64,000 nt of DNA from Candidatus Latescibacterota bacterium (GCA_965226795.1 CBDDDZ010000002.1:64001-128000), one strand, 5' to 3'. Shown: positions 39,580 through 49,882, numbered from the stretch's first letter. Translations and numbers: made by a program. The notes: generated from the sequence alone by a model not told the origin.

Positions 39580-42500
39580 ATGTTGCCTATCGATCAGAAT
39601 GCGCCGGTGCCACGGCCGGGAAGGTCAATCTGGTACACGGAGGAAGGGATTCGCCGGGCCCGGGAGAATATCCGTACGCAGGCGTGGGCCGCGAAGGAAT
39701 GGGAGCGGATCAGCACGGTTGCGGAGAGGTGGGTCCGGGTGTCCGACGAGGAGATACTGGCGCTGGTGCCGGCCCAAGGGTCGATTTTCTGCAGCGGACG
39801 GAACGGGAGCCCATGCTGCAAGGCGGCCTGGCGGTGCGACGTGGCACAGCCCCGGCGGGCTTTCTGTGCGGACTGCGGGCGCGAATATCCGGAGAATCGG
39901 AAGGGGTCCCGATTCAGCGACGAAGGACACGGCTTCTACTACGAAGGGAAATGGTTCGCGCCGGTGCCCGTGTGGAACAGCTATGTCGTGAGTATGCTGA
40001 GCACCTACTCGTACGGGTCCGGCGGGCCCACGGACAACGCCCTGTTGAATCTGGCCCTGGCCTATGCGATTACCGGCGAGACCAGATTCGGCGAAAGGGC
40101 CTTGCTGATTTACGACGCGCTGGCCACGCTGGCGCCCACGACGATCGGTCCGCTGGATATTCCCGAGGGTCAGGAGCGGGAGATGGGGCGCATGCACGCG
40201 GAGACGTGCCACGTCAACCGGCAGCGTTTTGTGGACATGCAGGCATACGACCTGATCTCCGGTCTTGACGGGATGGATGAGCCGTCTCCGACACGCGGCG
40301 ACCGGCGTGTGCGCATCCGGGAGAATATCGCCGAGGGAATGCTGGAAGACTATGTGATGACGGAGGGAGGCGGGTACAACCTGCGTGAGGGGAATCTCAC
40401 CCATTTCCAGAATCACGAACTGGATGGATTCCGGGCGCTGCTGTCGATCGGGCTGGCGACGGATCAACCCGATTTCATCAGGTGGGCGGGCAGTGCTTTC
40501 CGGGCATTTCTGGAGAATGTCATCGGCCGGGACGGGGGATACTACGAAAATTCCGAGATGTACGCGTATTTCTCCGGTACGCTGATGCAGGACGTGGCGG
40601 AACTGTTGTACCACTACGATCCCGGCAAGTACGCTTCGCCCGATGATTACCCGCCGGCGGAAGCGCTGGTGGGGCTGAAGAATGCCTTCGATCACCCGCG
40701 CCTCGTCCGGTTGTGTCTGGAGTACACGGAATTGATCCGGGCGTGCGGTCGCATCCCCTCTTATGGAAATACGAACGCGCTCCCGGGTTACCGGCCGCCT
40801 TCCAAACGCCAGGTGATGCCCTCGCACTGGTCGCTGCTGGAGCGGCTCTACTTCCGGAGCGAAAATGCCGACACCCGGCAGCGGGCGAAAGAATTGATGC
40901 TGGATCTGTCGGACGGCGCGGCGGAAAACGTCCGTAACGGCACGTGGGCGCTGTTCAATTCGAAACCCGGGCCGGCCGGGGAAGCCCGGAGCACGCCGCC
41001 GTCGGCCTCTTCTTTTGTCGGCCATAAGGGCGTGGTGGTCCTGCGCAGCGGGACCGGAGACCGGTCACGGGCGCTGATTGTGCGGGGAGGCGCGAATCTG
41101 CTGTCGCAGGACGACCAGTTGGCGGCATTTCTGTACGATAGGGGCCGGATGGTTATCGAAGACGTGGGTTATGCACTGGCCGGTTCACACGTACACAAGG
41201 GATGGGGCATGCGGGCGATCTCCCACGCGATGGTAACCGTGGACGAGGATATTCCCACGTCTCAGGGCTACGAATTCGTGCCGAGCGCGGACCTGGTCGC
41301 CTTCGAGGATCTGGGCGGCGTGAAGATCGCGGAGTACTCCGCGCCGCTGTCCAGGATCCACCAGGGTGCGACCGAGTACCGCCGGGCGCTGATCTTTTGC
41401 GACGTGGACGAGGCGACGTCCTACACGCTGGACCTGTTCCTGGTGGCCGGAGGGCGCATCCACGACTATGCGATGAACGGTCCCAGGTTCTTCGAAGGGG
41501 ACTCGGGGTCGTATTCGCTGGAAGGCGTGTCGCCGGAGGCCCGCGCGGGGGTCTGGACGCTGGCGGCGCTCGGGACCATGGACGGCTCCGAAGAGGCGAA
41601 CGCGCCCGGAAAAAGCTGGGGGGAACGGATCGGTCCCAACGATCGTATCCAGGGCGTGGCCGCTCCGGACGGAAGCCCGTTGCCCTACGGATGGCTGCCG
41701 CCCCCCGGAAACGGGTACGCGTTCGTCCACGACGTGAAGACCGCCGCGCTGGAACACGACGCGTACGCGCACTGGCGCTTCGGAGACGTGCGGGATACCC
41801 ATTACGGTGTCTGGTTTCCCGCCGACCACTCGGCGACCCTGATCGCCGCGAAGGGACCCGATTTGAAAGGCGCCCAGCAGATCCATCGGTTGATAGTAAG
41901 GAGAGAAGGGGAGGATCTGAAGAGCCTGTTTGTCAGCGTGTTCGAGGCGTTTTCCGGTTCGCTCAACGTGGTGGGCGCCAGGGTGCTTGCCCGCGACGCG
42001 GACACAGGCAGCGCCGCGGTTCGGGTCGAACTGGCGGACGGCAGGCGGGATACGCATCTCTTTTCGCGGGACGGTTCGATCGAAGTCCGGGATCCCGATG
42101 GGGTTCCCATTGCGCTTTCAGGGCGGTTCGGGGTCGTACGCGAACGGGACGGAGAGGTGGCGCTTTACCTGGTGGAAGGGACGCGCCTGCGGTTTGGAGA
42201 CGCAGAAACGACACTTCCTCAAACCCATTTCGAAGCTCGGATCACGGCAACGGATGCCGATGCGGAGACCGTGTCGATCGACCGGGGCCTGCCGGAAGGG
42301 ATGCCTCTGGAGGGACGGTTGTGCCGCGTGGAAGCAGACGCCGGGGACACGGCCTATTCCCACGGGTCCGGCTACCGGGTTACGGCCGCCGTGGACGGGC
42401 GAAACGCCCGGCTTGTTCTTCAGCACGGGGATCCCCGGCTGGCAAGAGGGACGGTTGTCTCTGTCGAGGCCCCGGATATTCTGGTCTGCGACGTGCCGCT

Positions 42501-42741
42501 TGCGTTTGCCTGGGGTTTCAACAACAGCGGCGACAAGGGTGAATACAGAGGAAAGGTGCTGCGTACGGAGGACGGGTCGTTCATGTCCCGGATCGTCGAA
42601 CTGCTGGCGTTCAAAAAACTCCGGCTGGAATCGGTGGCCGGGCTGCGGGCCGGCAGCCGCTTCGAGATTCTGGACTTCAAGCCGGGCGATCGGATTTCGA
42701 TTCCGAATTCCGGGAGTAGATGCCTGGCGCGGCGAACCTGA
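39580..42741 (+). CDS. Heparinase II/III-family protein with N-terminal Cys-rich (Zn-ribbon-like) segment, no signal peptide
   Basis: C...CC...C...CADC..EYP, NH, DGGYYENSEMY, PSYGN, VLRSG, EDVGY, SHAMVTVD, YRRAL, DLFLVAGGRIHDY. Confidence 0.78.
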   Translation: MLPIDQNAPVPRPGRSIWYTEEGIRRARENIRTQAWAAKEWERISTVAERWVRVSDEEILALVPAQGSIFCSGRNGSPCCKAAWRCDVAQPRRAFCADCGREYPENRKGSRFSDEGHGFYYEGKWFAPVPVWNSYVVSMLSTYSYGSGGPTDNALLNLALAYAITGETRFGERALLIYDALATLAPTTIGPLDIPEGQEREMGRMHAETCHVNRQRFVDMQAYDLISGLDGMDEPSPTRGDRRVRIRENIAEGMLEDYVMTEGGGYNLREGNLTHFQNHELDGFRALLSIGLATDQPDFIRWAGSAFRAFLENVIGRDGGYYENSEMYAYFSGTLMQDVAELLYHYDPGKYASPDDYPPAEALVGLKNAFDHPRLVRLCLEYTELIRACGRIPSYGNTNALPGYRPPSKRQVMPSHWSLLERLYFRSENADTRQRAKELMLDLSDGAAENVRNGTWALFNSKPGPAGEARSTPPSASSFVGHKGVVVLRSGTGDRSRALIVRGGANLLSQDDQLAAFLYDRGRMVIEDVGYALAGSHVHKGWGMRAISHAMVTVDEDIPTSQGYEFVPSADLVAFEDLGGVKIAEYSAPLSRIHQGATEYRRALIFCDVDEATSYTLDLFLVAGGRIHDYAMNGPRFFEGDSGSYSLEGVSPEARAGVWTLAALGTMDGSEEANAPGKSWGERIGPNDRIQGVAAPDGSPLPYGWLPPPGNGYAFVHDVKTAALEHDAYAHWRFGDVRDTHYGVWFPADHSATLIAAKGPDLKGAQQIHRLIVRREGEDLKSLFVSVFEAFSGSLNVVGARVLARDADTGSAAVRVELADGRRDTHLFSRDGSIEVRDPDGVPIALSGRFGVVRERDGEVALYLVEGTRLRFGDAETTLPQTHFEARITATDADAETVSIDRGLPEGMPLEGRLCRVEADAGDTAYSHGSGYRVTAAVDGRNARLVLQHGDPRLARGTVVSVEAPDILVCDVPLAFAWGFNNSGDKGEYRGKVLRTEDGSFMSRIVELLAFKKLRLESVAGLRAGSRFEILDFKPGDRISIPNSGSRCLARRT

Positions 42742-42824
42742 AAACCGTTCGACGTCGGGCCGCGGGTTTGCCGCCGTGGGGGCGGATACGCGGCGCCGGG
42801 TTCCGGCATGGGGCCCCTTTTCCC

Positions 42825-42852
42825 TTGAATTTTCGAGATATTTCCATATTAT
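42825..42852 (+). promoter_or_regulatory. Putative sigma70 promoter for the membrane-protein trio
   Basis: TTGAAT (42825-42830), 16 nt spacer, TATTAT (42847-42852), in an AT-rich intergenic patch. Confidence 0.5.
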
Positions 42853-42961
42853 GCGCGTGGTGCGTTGCCACGCGCTGCAACACGTGGGAAGGCAGACCGC
42901 GAGGCCGATGAGACACGGGAAATCGGCCGCCAATTCGGCCCGAATTAACCGGGAGACGGTC

Positions 42962-44926
42962 ATGCAGCAAGCGCAGCCGGATTCACACCCTGAAGCGGAC
43001 GTGGGCCAGGAACGATGGGGCGTAACCGTGCGGGCGGTCGCCATCGGGCTTGGCGTGGCCCTTTTCATTCAGGGATGGGGCATTTTCTCCAGCCGGGTGA
43101 TCCGGTCGTCCGGCGTGACGTCGGGTTTTCTTTCGCCAGCCCTCTTCATTGCGATCCTGCTTGTACTGTTCGTCCTGAACCCCCTCCTGAAGCGGGTCGT
43201 GCGGTCCCGCGGGCTGAACCTTGCGGAGATACTGACGATTTTCGCGATGGGGCTGATGGGCGGCGCGCCGATCGCGGCATTGTATGCCTTTATAACAATT
43301 CCGTACTACCTGGCCACTCCGGAGAACCAGTGGGGTAACCTCCTTCACCCCCACCTGCCTTCCTGGGTTGCACCCCTCGACGTGGACGGCGCCGTTACGC
43401 TTCTCTTCAATGGCCTGCCAGGTGGTCAGGGTACGATTCCATGGGGTGCGTGGGTCGTGCCTATGTTCTGGTGGGGGCTTCTGTTCTGCGTTCTGGCTTT
43501 TGCCGCGGCTTCTCTTTCGGTGGTACTCCGAAAACAGTGGGTGGAACACGAGCGGCTGCGATACCCGGTCCTGGAACCGATCGTGGAGATGGCCAGGGGT
43601 TCGGATTCCAGCGGATGGTGGCCGCAGTTCGCCCGCGGAAAGCTGTTCTGGTTCGGTGCGGGGATCGCGTTCGTATTTATTTTCTGGAATGCGCTGCCAT
43701 GGATTTCTCCGGCCTTTCCCGAGATGCCGGTCCGGGGCAGGGTGTACGCCTTCTTCGGGCGGGATATGCCGCCGATGTTCAGCTATATAGACCCGTTTTC
43801 CATCGCGTTTTCCTATTTTGCAAATCTGGACGTGCTGTTCAGCGTCTGGTTCTTTTTCGCGGTGTTCGTGCTGGAGTTCGGGATTTTCAACCGGCTGGGC
43901 TACAGCATCGGCGGGCGCGGCGACCGGTACGGGTCCTACGACGCGGCGTCAAGCTGGCAGGGTCTGGGTGCGTTCTGCGTTTTCGTGTTGTTCGGCCTGT
44001 GGATGGCCAGGCGCCATCTGAAAGACGTGGCGATGAAGGCGTGGCGGTCGGACCATCCCGTGGACGATTCGCGGGAGATGTTGTCGTATCGCACCGCGGT
44101 TGTGGGGATAGTGGTGGGTATTGTATTCACGGTCGTGTGGCTGAATCGGGCGGGGATGGACTTGCAGATGGCGATTCCGCTGGTGGCGATGCTGTTCGTT
44201 CTCTACATCGGCGTCGCGCGGATCATCGCCGAGTCGGGCCTGTTGTATGTGCAGGGGCCGATGACGGCGCAGAGCTTTTCGGTGTATCTGCTCGGCGCCG
44301 AAGCGGTGTCGCCGTCGAGTCTGACCACGCTCCTGTTTTCCTATCCGATCCACGCGAATTCGACGTCGCAGATGTCGCATGTGGCCAAGGTGGCCGGACA
44401 GATCCGGGATCGGGGAAGGCGGCTGTTCTGGGCGGTCTGTCTGTCGTTCGTGGCGACGACCCTGGTCGTGATCATCGGGACGCTCTATCTGGGCTATACC
44501 GGCGGGGCCGAGAATTTCGGACACGGCTTTATCTGCGGGGGCGTGCACAATTTTCCGGATACCGTGAGCAAGATCAAGGAGCCGTTCGAGCTCGACTGGA
44601 ATCGGATTATGTTTTTCGGTATCGGCGCCGCGGTCATGGCTTTACTGACTTTACTCCGCTACCGGTTTCCGTGGTGGCCGATCCATCCGGTGGGGTTCGC
44701 CATTATGGGGACGGATCTGGTGAGGAATTTCGCACTGACGCTGTTTCTGGCGTGGTCCTGCAAATCGGTTATCCTTCGCGTGGGCGGGAATACGCTGTTC
44801 AGACAGGCGCAGCCGTTTTTCCTTGGCCTGCTGGTGGGGCACGTACTTGGAATAACGGGCGCGTTTCTCGTGGATATGTTCATGTTCCCCGGAGCCGGAC
44901 ATAGCATCCACCCGTGGATTGAATAG
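42962..44926 (+). CDS. DUF6785/DUF6784-type polytopic membrane protein, copy 1
   Basis: Likely start ATG 42962 after GGAG (the ORF track extends into the upstream gene); many hydrophobic segments; LRKQWVEHERLRYP and RFPWWPIHPVGF...PFFLGL signatures. Confidence 0.82.
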   Translation: MQQAQPDSHPEADVGQERWGVTVRAVAIGLGVALFIQGWGIFSSRVIRSSGVTSGFLSPALFIAILLVLFVLNPLLKRVVRSRGLNLAEILTIFAMGLMGGAPIAALYAFITIPYYLATPENQWGNLLHPHLPSWVAPLDVDGAVTLLFNGLPGGQGTIPWGAWVVPMFWWGLLFCVLAFAAASLSVVLRKQWVEHERLRYPVLEPIVEMARGSDSSGWWPQFARGKLFWFGAGIAFVFIFWNALPWISPAFPEMPVRGRVYAFFGRDMPPMFSYIDPFSIAFSYFANLDVLFSVWFFFAVFVLEFGIFNRLGYSIGGRGDRYGSYDAASSWQGLGAFCVFVLFGLWMARRHLKDVAMKAWRSDHPVDDSREMLSYRTAVVGIVVGIVFTVVWLNRAGMDLQMAIPLVAMLFVLYIGVARIIAESGLLYVQGPMTAQSFSVYLLGAEAVSPSSLTTLLFSYPIHANSTSQMSHVAKVAGQIRDRGRRLFWAVCLSFVATTLVVIIGTLYLGYTGGAENFGHGFICGGVHNFPDTVSKIKEPFELDWNRIMFFGIGAAVMALLTLLRYRFPWWPIHPVGFAIMGTDLVRNFALTLFLAWSCKSVILRVGGNTLFRQAQPFFLGLLVGHVLGITGAFLVDMFMFPGAGHSIHPWIE

Positions 44927-44944
44927 GCTGACGTACGAGGGCGA

Positions 44945-47900
44945 ATGATGTTTAACGTAATCAAGAGGGTTCTTCTTGTTCTGCTGACGCTCGGCGTTCT
45001 CGCAGTCGTGGTGGTATTCGATCCCGAGGAAGTGTCCGACGTGATACGGGATACGCTCCATATCCGGCAGGTGGCGCCCCCCGAGCAGGTGCGTGGGGCT
45101 CTCTCGGCCGAGGATCGTGCGGTTCGACGGGTCGTGGATGCGATAACCGAAGAGGAGGTACGGTCTCATGTGGCGGCATTCACCCGGATGCCGTCTCGCG
45201 TGGTGGGGTATGGCGGGGAACGGCAGGCGCGGGATTACGTCCGGTCGCAATTCGAGGCGCTCGGCCTGGAGCGAGTTACCACGGAGCCGTTCGACGTGAC
45301 GGTGCCGATCGACGCGGGAGGCGTGCTGAGGCTGGAAACCACCGGGGAGGAAATGCCCGTTTACTGTCTCTGGCCGAACGATGTACGTACTTCCACGCTG
45401 CCGGCCGGAGGCGTTGGCGGGCCGTTGATCTACGGGCGCAAGGGGGAGTTTTCGGACTACAACGGGGCGGTTGTGGATGGCAGCGTGGTGTTGATGGACT
45501 TCGGTTGCGGGCAGAACTACCTGAACGCGCTGACCCTTGGCGCGAAGGCGATTCTGTTCTTCGACGACGGCAACGTTACGCGCGGGGAGGCGGAGGACAA
45601 GCTTCTCGAGGTGCCGGTGAACGTGCCCCGGTTCTGGGTTGACCGGGAGGACGCGCAACGCCTCCTGAAGCGGGTCGAGATGGGGGACGCACGGGTGCAT
45701 CTGACGGCGCGGATGGACTGGAAGACGGTAGAGTCGGCGAATGTGTACGGCTATCTGCCGGGATCGGACGAGCGCATTCCTGGCGGGAACGGCCGCAGGT
45801 GGAAGGACCGGCTGATCGTGGTGGGTGCCTACTATGACGCCATGTCCGTTGTGCCGGCGCTCGCCCCGGGTGCCGAAAGCGCCTCGGGAGTTGCCGCGAT
45901 GCTGGAGGTGATTCGGTCTCTAAAGCGTTACGGTTCCAGATATTCCTTTCTCTTTCTGGCCACCTCGGCTCACTTCGAGGGCCTGTCGGGAATCAACGAT
46001 TTCCTCTTTCGGCATTCCCGGCGGAGCAATTATTTCCTGGATCGGATTCCTGACGCGGACCGGATCGACTTCAGCCTGTTCATTGGGCTCGACCTTTCCA
46101 GCAAAAGCAGGCAGGTGGGCGGATTCGCGATGGGCACGTTCTACAATCCCGGCAAAGCAACGGACGAATACCTCAAGAATCTGCTGACACCCTATTCACA
46201 CAGGCTCCGCGAATATGCGACGACGCTCTTCCCCGGCGAAGAGCGCTACGTGGACGTGGTGGCGCCGGCCAAGCGGCCATGGACGTCGTTTATGCCGGTT
46301 CCCCTGGCCCTGGAGAGCGAGGCGGCGGTATTTGTCGGGCAGGAGGCCATGACGCTGGTGACGCTGTACGACGGCCGCGTTCGTACGGACACCCCGCTCG
46401 ATCTTCCGGAGGCAATGGCGTTCGACCGGCTGACCGACCAGATTCGCTCGGTGGCTTCAATGATGATCAGGGCGGGGAACGACCCGGCCTTCTTCCGGGA
46501 AACCCAGCTTCGGCTGATGGACCGCGGGCACCGTCTGGCCGGGCGTATTCTCTGGTTCGACAGGGACGTGGATTTCGCGATTCCACGCGTGCCCGTACCC
46601 GGCGCGATCGTGACGTACAAGCAGCCGGGGCCGGGGAGCGTGGCCGGTGTCCGGACGCTGATGGTCACGCAGGCCGCCGCTGGCCCGATTTACGAAGGTC
46701 CGGCCTCCCGTGGGGCGTTGTTCGGTTCCAGGGAGGTGGTTTCGCAGACCGGCCGGTTTGAATTCGACATCGTAAGGAACCGATTCTCCAATCGGATACT
46801 CGCCTACGAGATCGACGGTGAGGGGCAGATCGTTTCGGCGCCTGACATGGGCATGGAGGGAGCCGGATCGGATGGGAAAAACGGGAAATATCCCCTGTTA
46901 CAGGGATACGGGTGGTGGGACAACGAAATGATGGGGGTGCTTTTCAGGTGCCGGGCGCTGAGCCTTTTCGAGATTGTGGATTCGAGTTATCTCTCGGTGC
47001 TGGACCACATGAAGGTGCTGGGAAGGGACAACAGCGAACCGATCGAGTACGGCTTCCAGTACGTCGCCAACCAGGGCCGAAAGGAAGGGAAGGTCACGCA
47101 GGCGTCGGTGGCATTCGCCCCGGCGGGGGAGCGGATCAAGATCCTGATGAGCAGCGGGCTGTTCGGAATCAAGTACCTGCTGATCAACGCGCCGGAAGAT
47201 CTGCTGACCGATCCCGTCGCTCCGCGGCGGGTGGATGCAGCGACGGTGAAGCGGTCCATGGGTACAGGCTACGTCCCGGACGGGAGCGTCATTACCCTGC
47301 CTTCCTACCGCGCGGCGCGGGATATGTGGATCGTGGATGACGTACGGATGAAGCAACTGGCGCGCTACGGCGTGGAGAACCAGCGGCTTTCCCGGCTGCA
47401 CGACCGCGCGCGGGCCTCCCTTCTGGAGGCGCAGGGTCACCTGGAAGACCGCAACTACGACCGGTTCATCGGGGCGGCGAGGGAGGCGTGGGGGCTGGAG
47501 GCGCGCGGCTACCCCGAGGTGAAGGAGACGGCCAACGACACGGTGCGGGGGGTCATTTTCTATTTCGTGCTGCTGCTGCCGTTTTCGTTCTTCTGCGAGC
47601 GGTTGTTTTTCGGGTTTCCCGACGTCCAGAGAAGGATTATAGGATTCGCGGGGATTCTCGTGGCCATGTTCCTGGCGCTGCGGTGGGTGCATCCCGCGTT
47701 CCAACTGTCCGGTTCTCCGTACATCATCTTTCTGGCGTTTGTAATTCTGTGCCTGGGCGGGGTGGCAATGGTGATCGTGGTGTCCAGGTTTGCGGACCAG
47801 GTAAGACGTCTGAAGCAGTCCGCAACGGGTGTGTACGAGGAGGACGTGGGGCGGATCTCGGCGACAATCGTGGCCTTTACATTGGGGGTTTCGAATTTGC

Positions 47901-49660
47901 GGAAGCGCCCCCTGCGCAGCGGGCTGACGGCGGTCACGCTGACATTGCTGACGTTTACGGTGCTTTCGTTCACCTCCGTTCAGACCTATCTGCGTTTCTA
48001 CAAGCTGCCCAGGGACAATCGGCCTCCGTACCAGGGCGCGCTGGTGAGAGACCGGAACTGGAGGGGAATGCAGCCCTCCGTGCTGAACTATATGGAGAGT
48101 CATTTTGGCGGTTTCGCCCGGGTTGCGCCTCGGGCATTTTACATTTCCGAAAAGCGGGGGGAGCGGGCCTATATCGACTTTGAGGAGCCCGAAAGCGGCC
48201 GGCGGAGTTTCGCGAACGGGTTGCTGGGAGTAACGCCGGAGGAATCTGAGGTTATGGGTATGGACCGCCTGCTGACGGCTGGCCGGTGGTTCCGGGAAGG
48301 GGAGCGGCACGCGGTCATCCTGCCCGGAGAACTGGCGGAACTTGTTGGGATCTCTCCCGAGGACGTGGAGGCCGGCCGGGCGCGGGTGCGCATGTTGGGG
48401 GTGGAGCTTGCCGTTATCGGCATTCTGGACTCCAGGGCGGTCGACAGACTGGAGGATATGGACGACGAACGACTGACCCCCATCGACACCACGATGGAGA
48501 CCGCGGGCACGAGCGACTGGCGCAACCTGAGCCAGGATCCGAGGCTGATGGGAGCGGAGCCGATCGAGGCGTTCATTCACCTGGATACGAGCAATACGGC
48601 GCTGCTTCCGTACGAATTCGTCATTGAAATGGGGGGTACGCTCCGATCGATCGCGGTCACCGATTTCAGAGATGCGCAGGGCGGCCCGAGCCGGGACGTC
48701 CGGGGTCAGATCGAGGACTTTATGTCCCGGGTCGCACTGACGATGTTTGTGGGGATCGGCGACGAGGTGACGGTATACAGTTCCATCGGCACCACCTCGC
48801 TTTCCGGCATCGCGAATCTCTTCATCCCGCTGCTGATTGCCTCTCTGATCGTGCTGAATACGATGATGGGCGCGGTATACGAAAGGTTCCGGGAAATCGG
48901 CGTCTATTCAGCAGTGGGGCTGGCGCCCAGCCACATATCCGCGCTCTTCCTGGCAGAAGCCGCTGTGTTTGCCACGCTTGGGGCCGCGTTCGGCTACCTG
49001 ATCGGTCAGGCGCTGGTGATGTTGCTGTACGAACATGGGGCGCTGGGCGGGTTGTCCCTGAACTATTCGTCGTTGTCGGCGGTTACTTCCACGCTGCTGG
49101 TGATGCTGGCGGTGTTCCTGTCCACCCTCTATCCGGCCAGGAAGGCCGAGCAGATGTCCGTGCCCGACGTGACCCGGCGTTGGCAGTTTCCGCAACCGAA
49201 GGGTGACGAGTGGTTCTTTGATTTTCCGTTTACGCTGGCGGGCTCGGAAGCCCTTGGCATGTATACCTATCTGTTTCGTTCTTTCGAATCGTTCGGAGAG
49301 GGTTCTATCGGCAGGTTTGTCTCGCAGGACGTGAGTTTCAGGTCCGAGCCGCTTCCGGCCGGCAGGGGGTATAAGATCGCTCTGCGGATGTGGTTGGCGC
49401 CCTACGATATGGGCATCAGCCAGGACGTCCAGATGAATGCGATTCCCACGGGAGAACACGGTATATACCGCATAGAGGTCCAAATCCATCGCCTGAGCGG
49501 AGACGTGAACTCCTGGCAGCGGGTGAATCGAGGCTTCCTGAACGACATCCGAAAGCTCTTTCTGGTATGGAAAACAATGCCTCCGGAAACAAAGACGGAC
49601 TATGCCCGGCAGGGCGAGGCGGAACTGGAGACGTCGGCGGGCAGGGAGGTCGCGTCTTGA
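44945..49660 (+). CDS. Fusion of PA/M28 peptidase-like extracytoplasmic domain with MacB/FtsX-like ABC permease
   Basis: N-terminal anchor; SRVVGYGG, PA domain, NVYGYLPG, GAYYD, APGAESASG; TM cluster; NLRKRPLRSGLT; periplasmic core (GRWF..AVILP); VYERFREIGVYSAVGLAP..LFLAEA, LYPARKA. Confidence 0.85.
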   Translation: MMFNVIKRVLLVLLTLGVLAVVVVFDPEEVSDVIRDTLHIRQVAPPEQVRGALSAEDRAVRRVVDAITEEEVRSHVAAFTRMPSRVVGYGGERQARDYVRSQFEALGLERVTTEPFDVTVPIDAGGVLRLETTGEEMPVYCLWPNDVRTSTLPAGGVGGPLIYGRKGEFSDYNGAVVDGSVVLMDFGCGQNYLNALTLGAKAILFFDDGNVTRGEAEDKLLEVPVNVPRFWVDREDAQRLLKRVEMGDARVHLTARMDWKTVESANVYGYLPGSDERIPGGNGRRWKDRLIVVGAYYDAMSVVPALAPGAESASGVAAMLEVIRSLKRYGSRYSFLFLATSAHFEGLSGINDFLFRHSRRSNYFLDRIPDADRIDFSLFIGLDLSSKSRQVGGFAMGTFYNPGKATDEYLKNLLTPYSHRLREYATTLFPGEERYVDVVAPAKRPWTSFMPVPLALESEAAVFVGQEAMTLVTLYDGRVRTDTPLDLPEAMAFDRLTDQIRSVASMMIRAGNDPAFFRETQLRLMDRGHRLAGRILWFDRDVDFAIPRVPVPGAIVTYKQPGPGSVAGVRTLMVTQAAAGPIYEGPASRGALFGSREVVSQTGRFEFDIVRNRFSNRILAYEIDGEGQIVSAPDMGMEGAGSDGKNGKYPLLQGYGWWDNEMMGVLFRCRALSLFEIVDSSYLSVLDHMKVLGRDNSEPIEYGFQYVANQGRKEGKVTQASVAFAPAGERIKILMSSGLFGIKYLLINAPEDLLTDPVAPRRVDAATVKRSMGTGYVPDGSVITLPSYRAARDMWIVDDVRMKQLARYGVENQRLSRLHDRARASLLEAQGHLEDRNYDRFIGAAREAWGLEARGYPEVKETANDTVRGVIFYFVLLLPFSFFCERLFFGFPDVQRRIIGFAGILVAMFLALRWVHPAFQLSGSPYIIFLAFVILCLGGVAMVIVVSRFADQVRRLKQSATGVYEEDVGRISATIVAFTLGVSNLRKRPLRSGLTAVTLTLLTFTVLSFTSVQTYLRFYKLPRDNRPPYQGALVRDRNWRGMQPSVLNYMESHFGGFARVAPRAFYISEKRGERAYIDFEEPESGRRSFANGLLGVTPEESEVMGMDRLLTAGRWFREGERHAVILPGELAELVGISPEDVEAGRARVRMLGVELAVIGILDSRAVDRLEDMDDERLTPIDTTMETAGTSDWRNLSQDPRLMGAEPIEAFIHLDTSNTALLPYEFVIEMGGTLRSIAVTDFRDAQGGPSRDVRGQIEDFMSRVALTMFVGIGDEVTVYSSIGTTSLSGIANLFIPLLIASLIVLNTMMGAVYERFREIGVYSAVGLAPSHISALFLAEAAVFATLGAAFGYLIGQALVMLLYEHGALGGLSLNYSSLSAVTSTLLVMLAVFLSTLYPARKAEQMSVPDVTRRWQFPQPKGDEWFFDFPFTLAGSEALGMYTYLFRSFESFGEGSIGRFVSQDVSFRSEPLPAGRGYKIALRMWLAPYDMGISQDVQMNAIPTGEHGIYRIEVQIHRLSGDVNSWQRVNRGFLNDIRKLFLVWKTMPPETKTDYARQGEAELETSAGREVAS

Positions 49661-49670
49661 AAGCGCCAGC

Positions 49671-49882
49671 TGGTGTCCCGTCCCAGAAATATGTCACCAT
49701 TCATCCGCCGATTCATCCCGTCCGGCTACGTTGCCTGCGCTGAGCTTGTCGAAGTGCCTTCACTCGCCGACCTTGCCCAGGTCGTCTCGATCAGGCGCTG
49801 GTTCCTGAGCCTGTCGAAGGATGCCAGCCGGGCGACTCGGCGGCCGAAATTTCGACATTCTATTTCCGGGACAGAACACTAG
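49671..49882 (+). mobile_element. MITE (IS630-like ends) carrying two short repeat insertions
   Basis: Terminal inverted repeats GTGTCCCGTCCCAGAAATA and TATTTCCGGGACAGAACACTAG; body aligns with the reverse complement of 62959-63119. Confidence 0.8.

Noticed and set aside
41930..42961. N-terminal ~340 aa of the 998 aa ORF 41930-44926
   Set aside because: It overlaps the lyase-fold gene in another frame and has shadow-like composition; a candidate promoter and RBS precede ATG 42962.
49673..49882. 69 aa ORF ending ISGTEH as a transposase
   Set aside because: Too short, has no DDE motifs, and simply spans the MITE between its inverted repeats.
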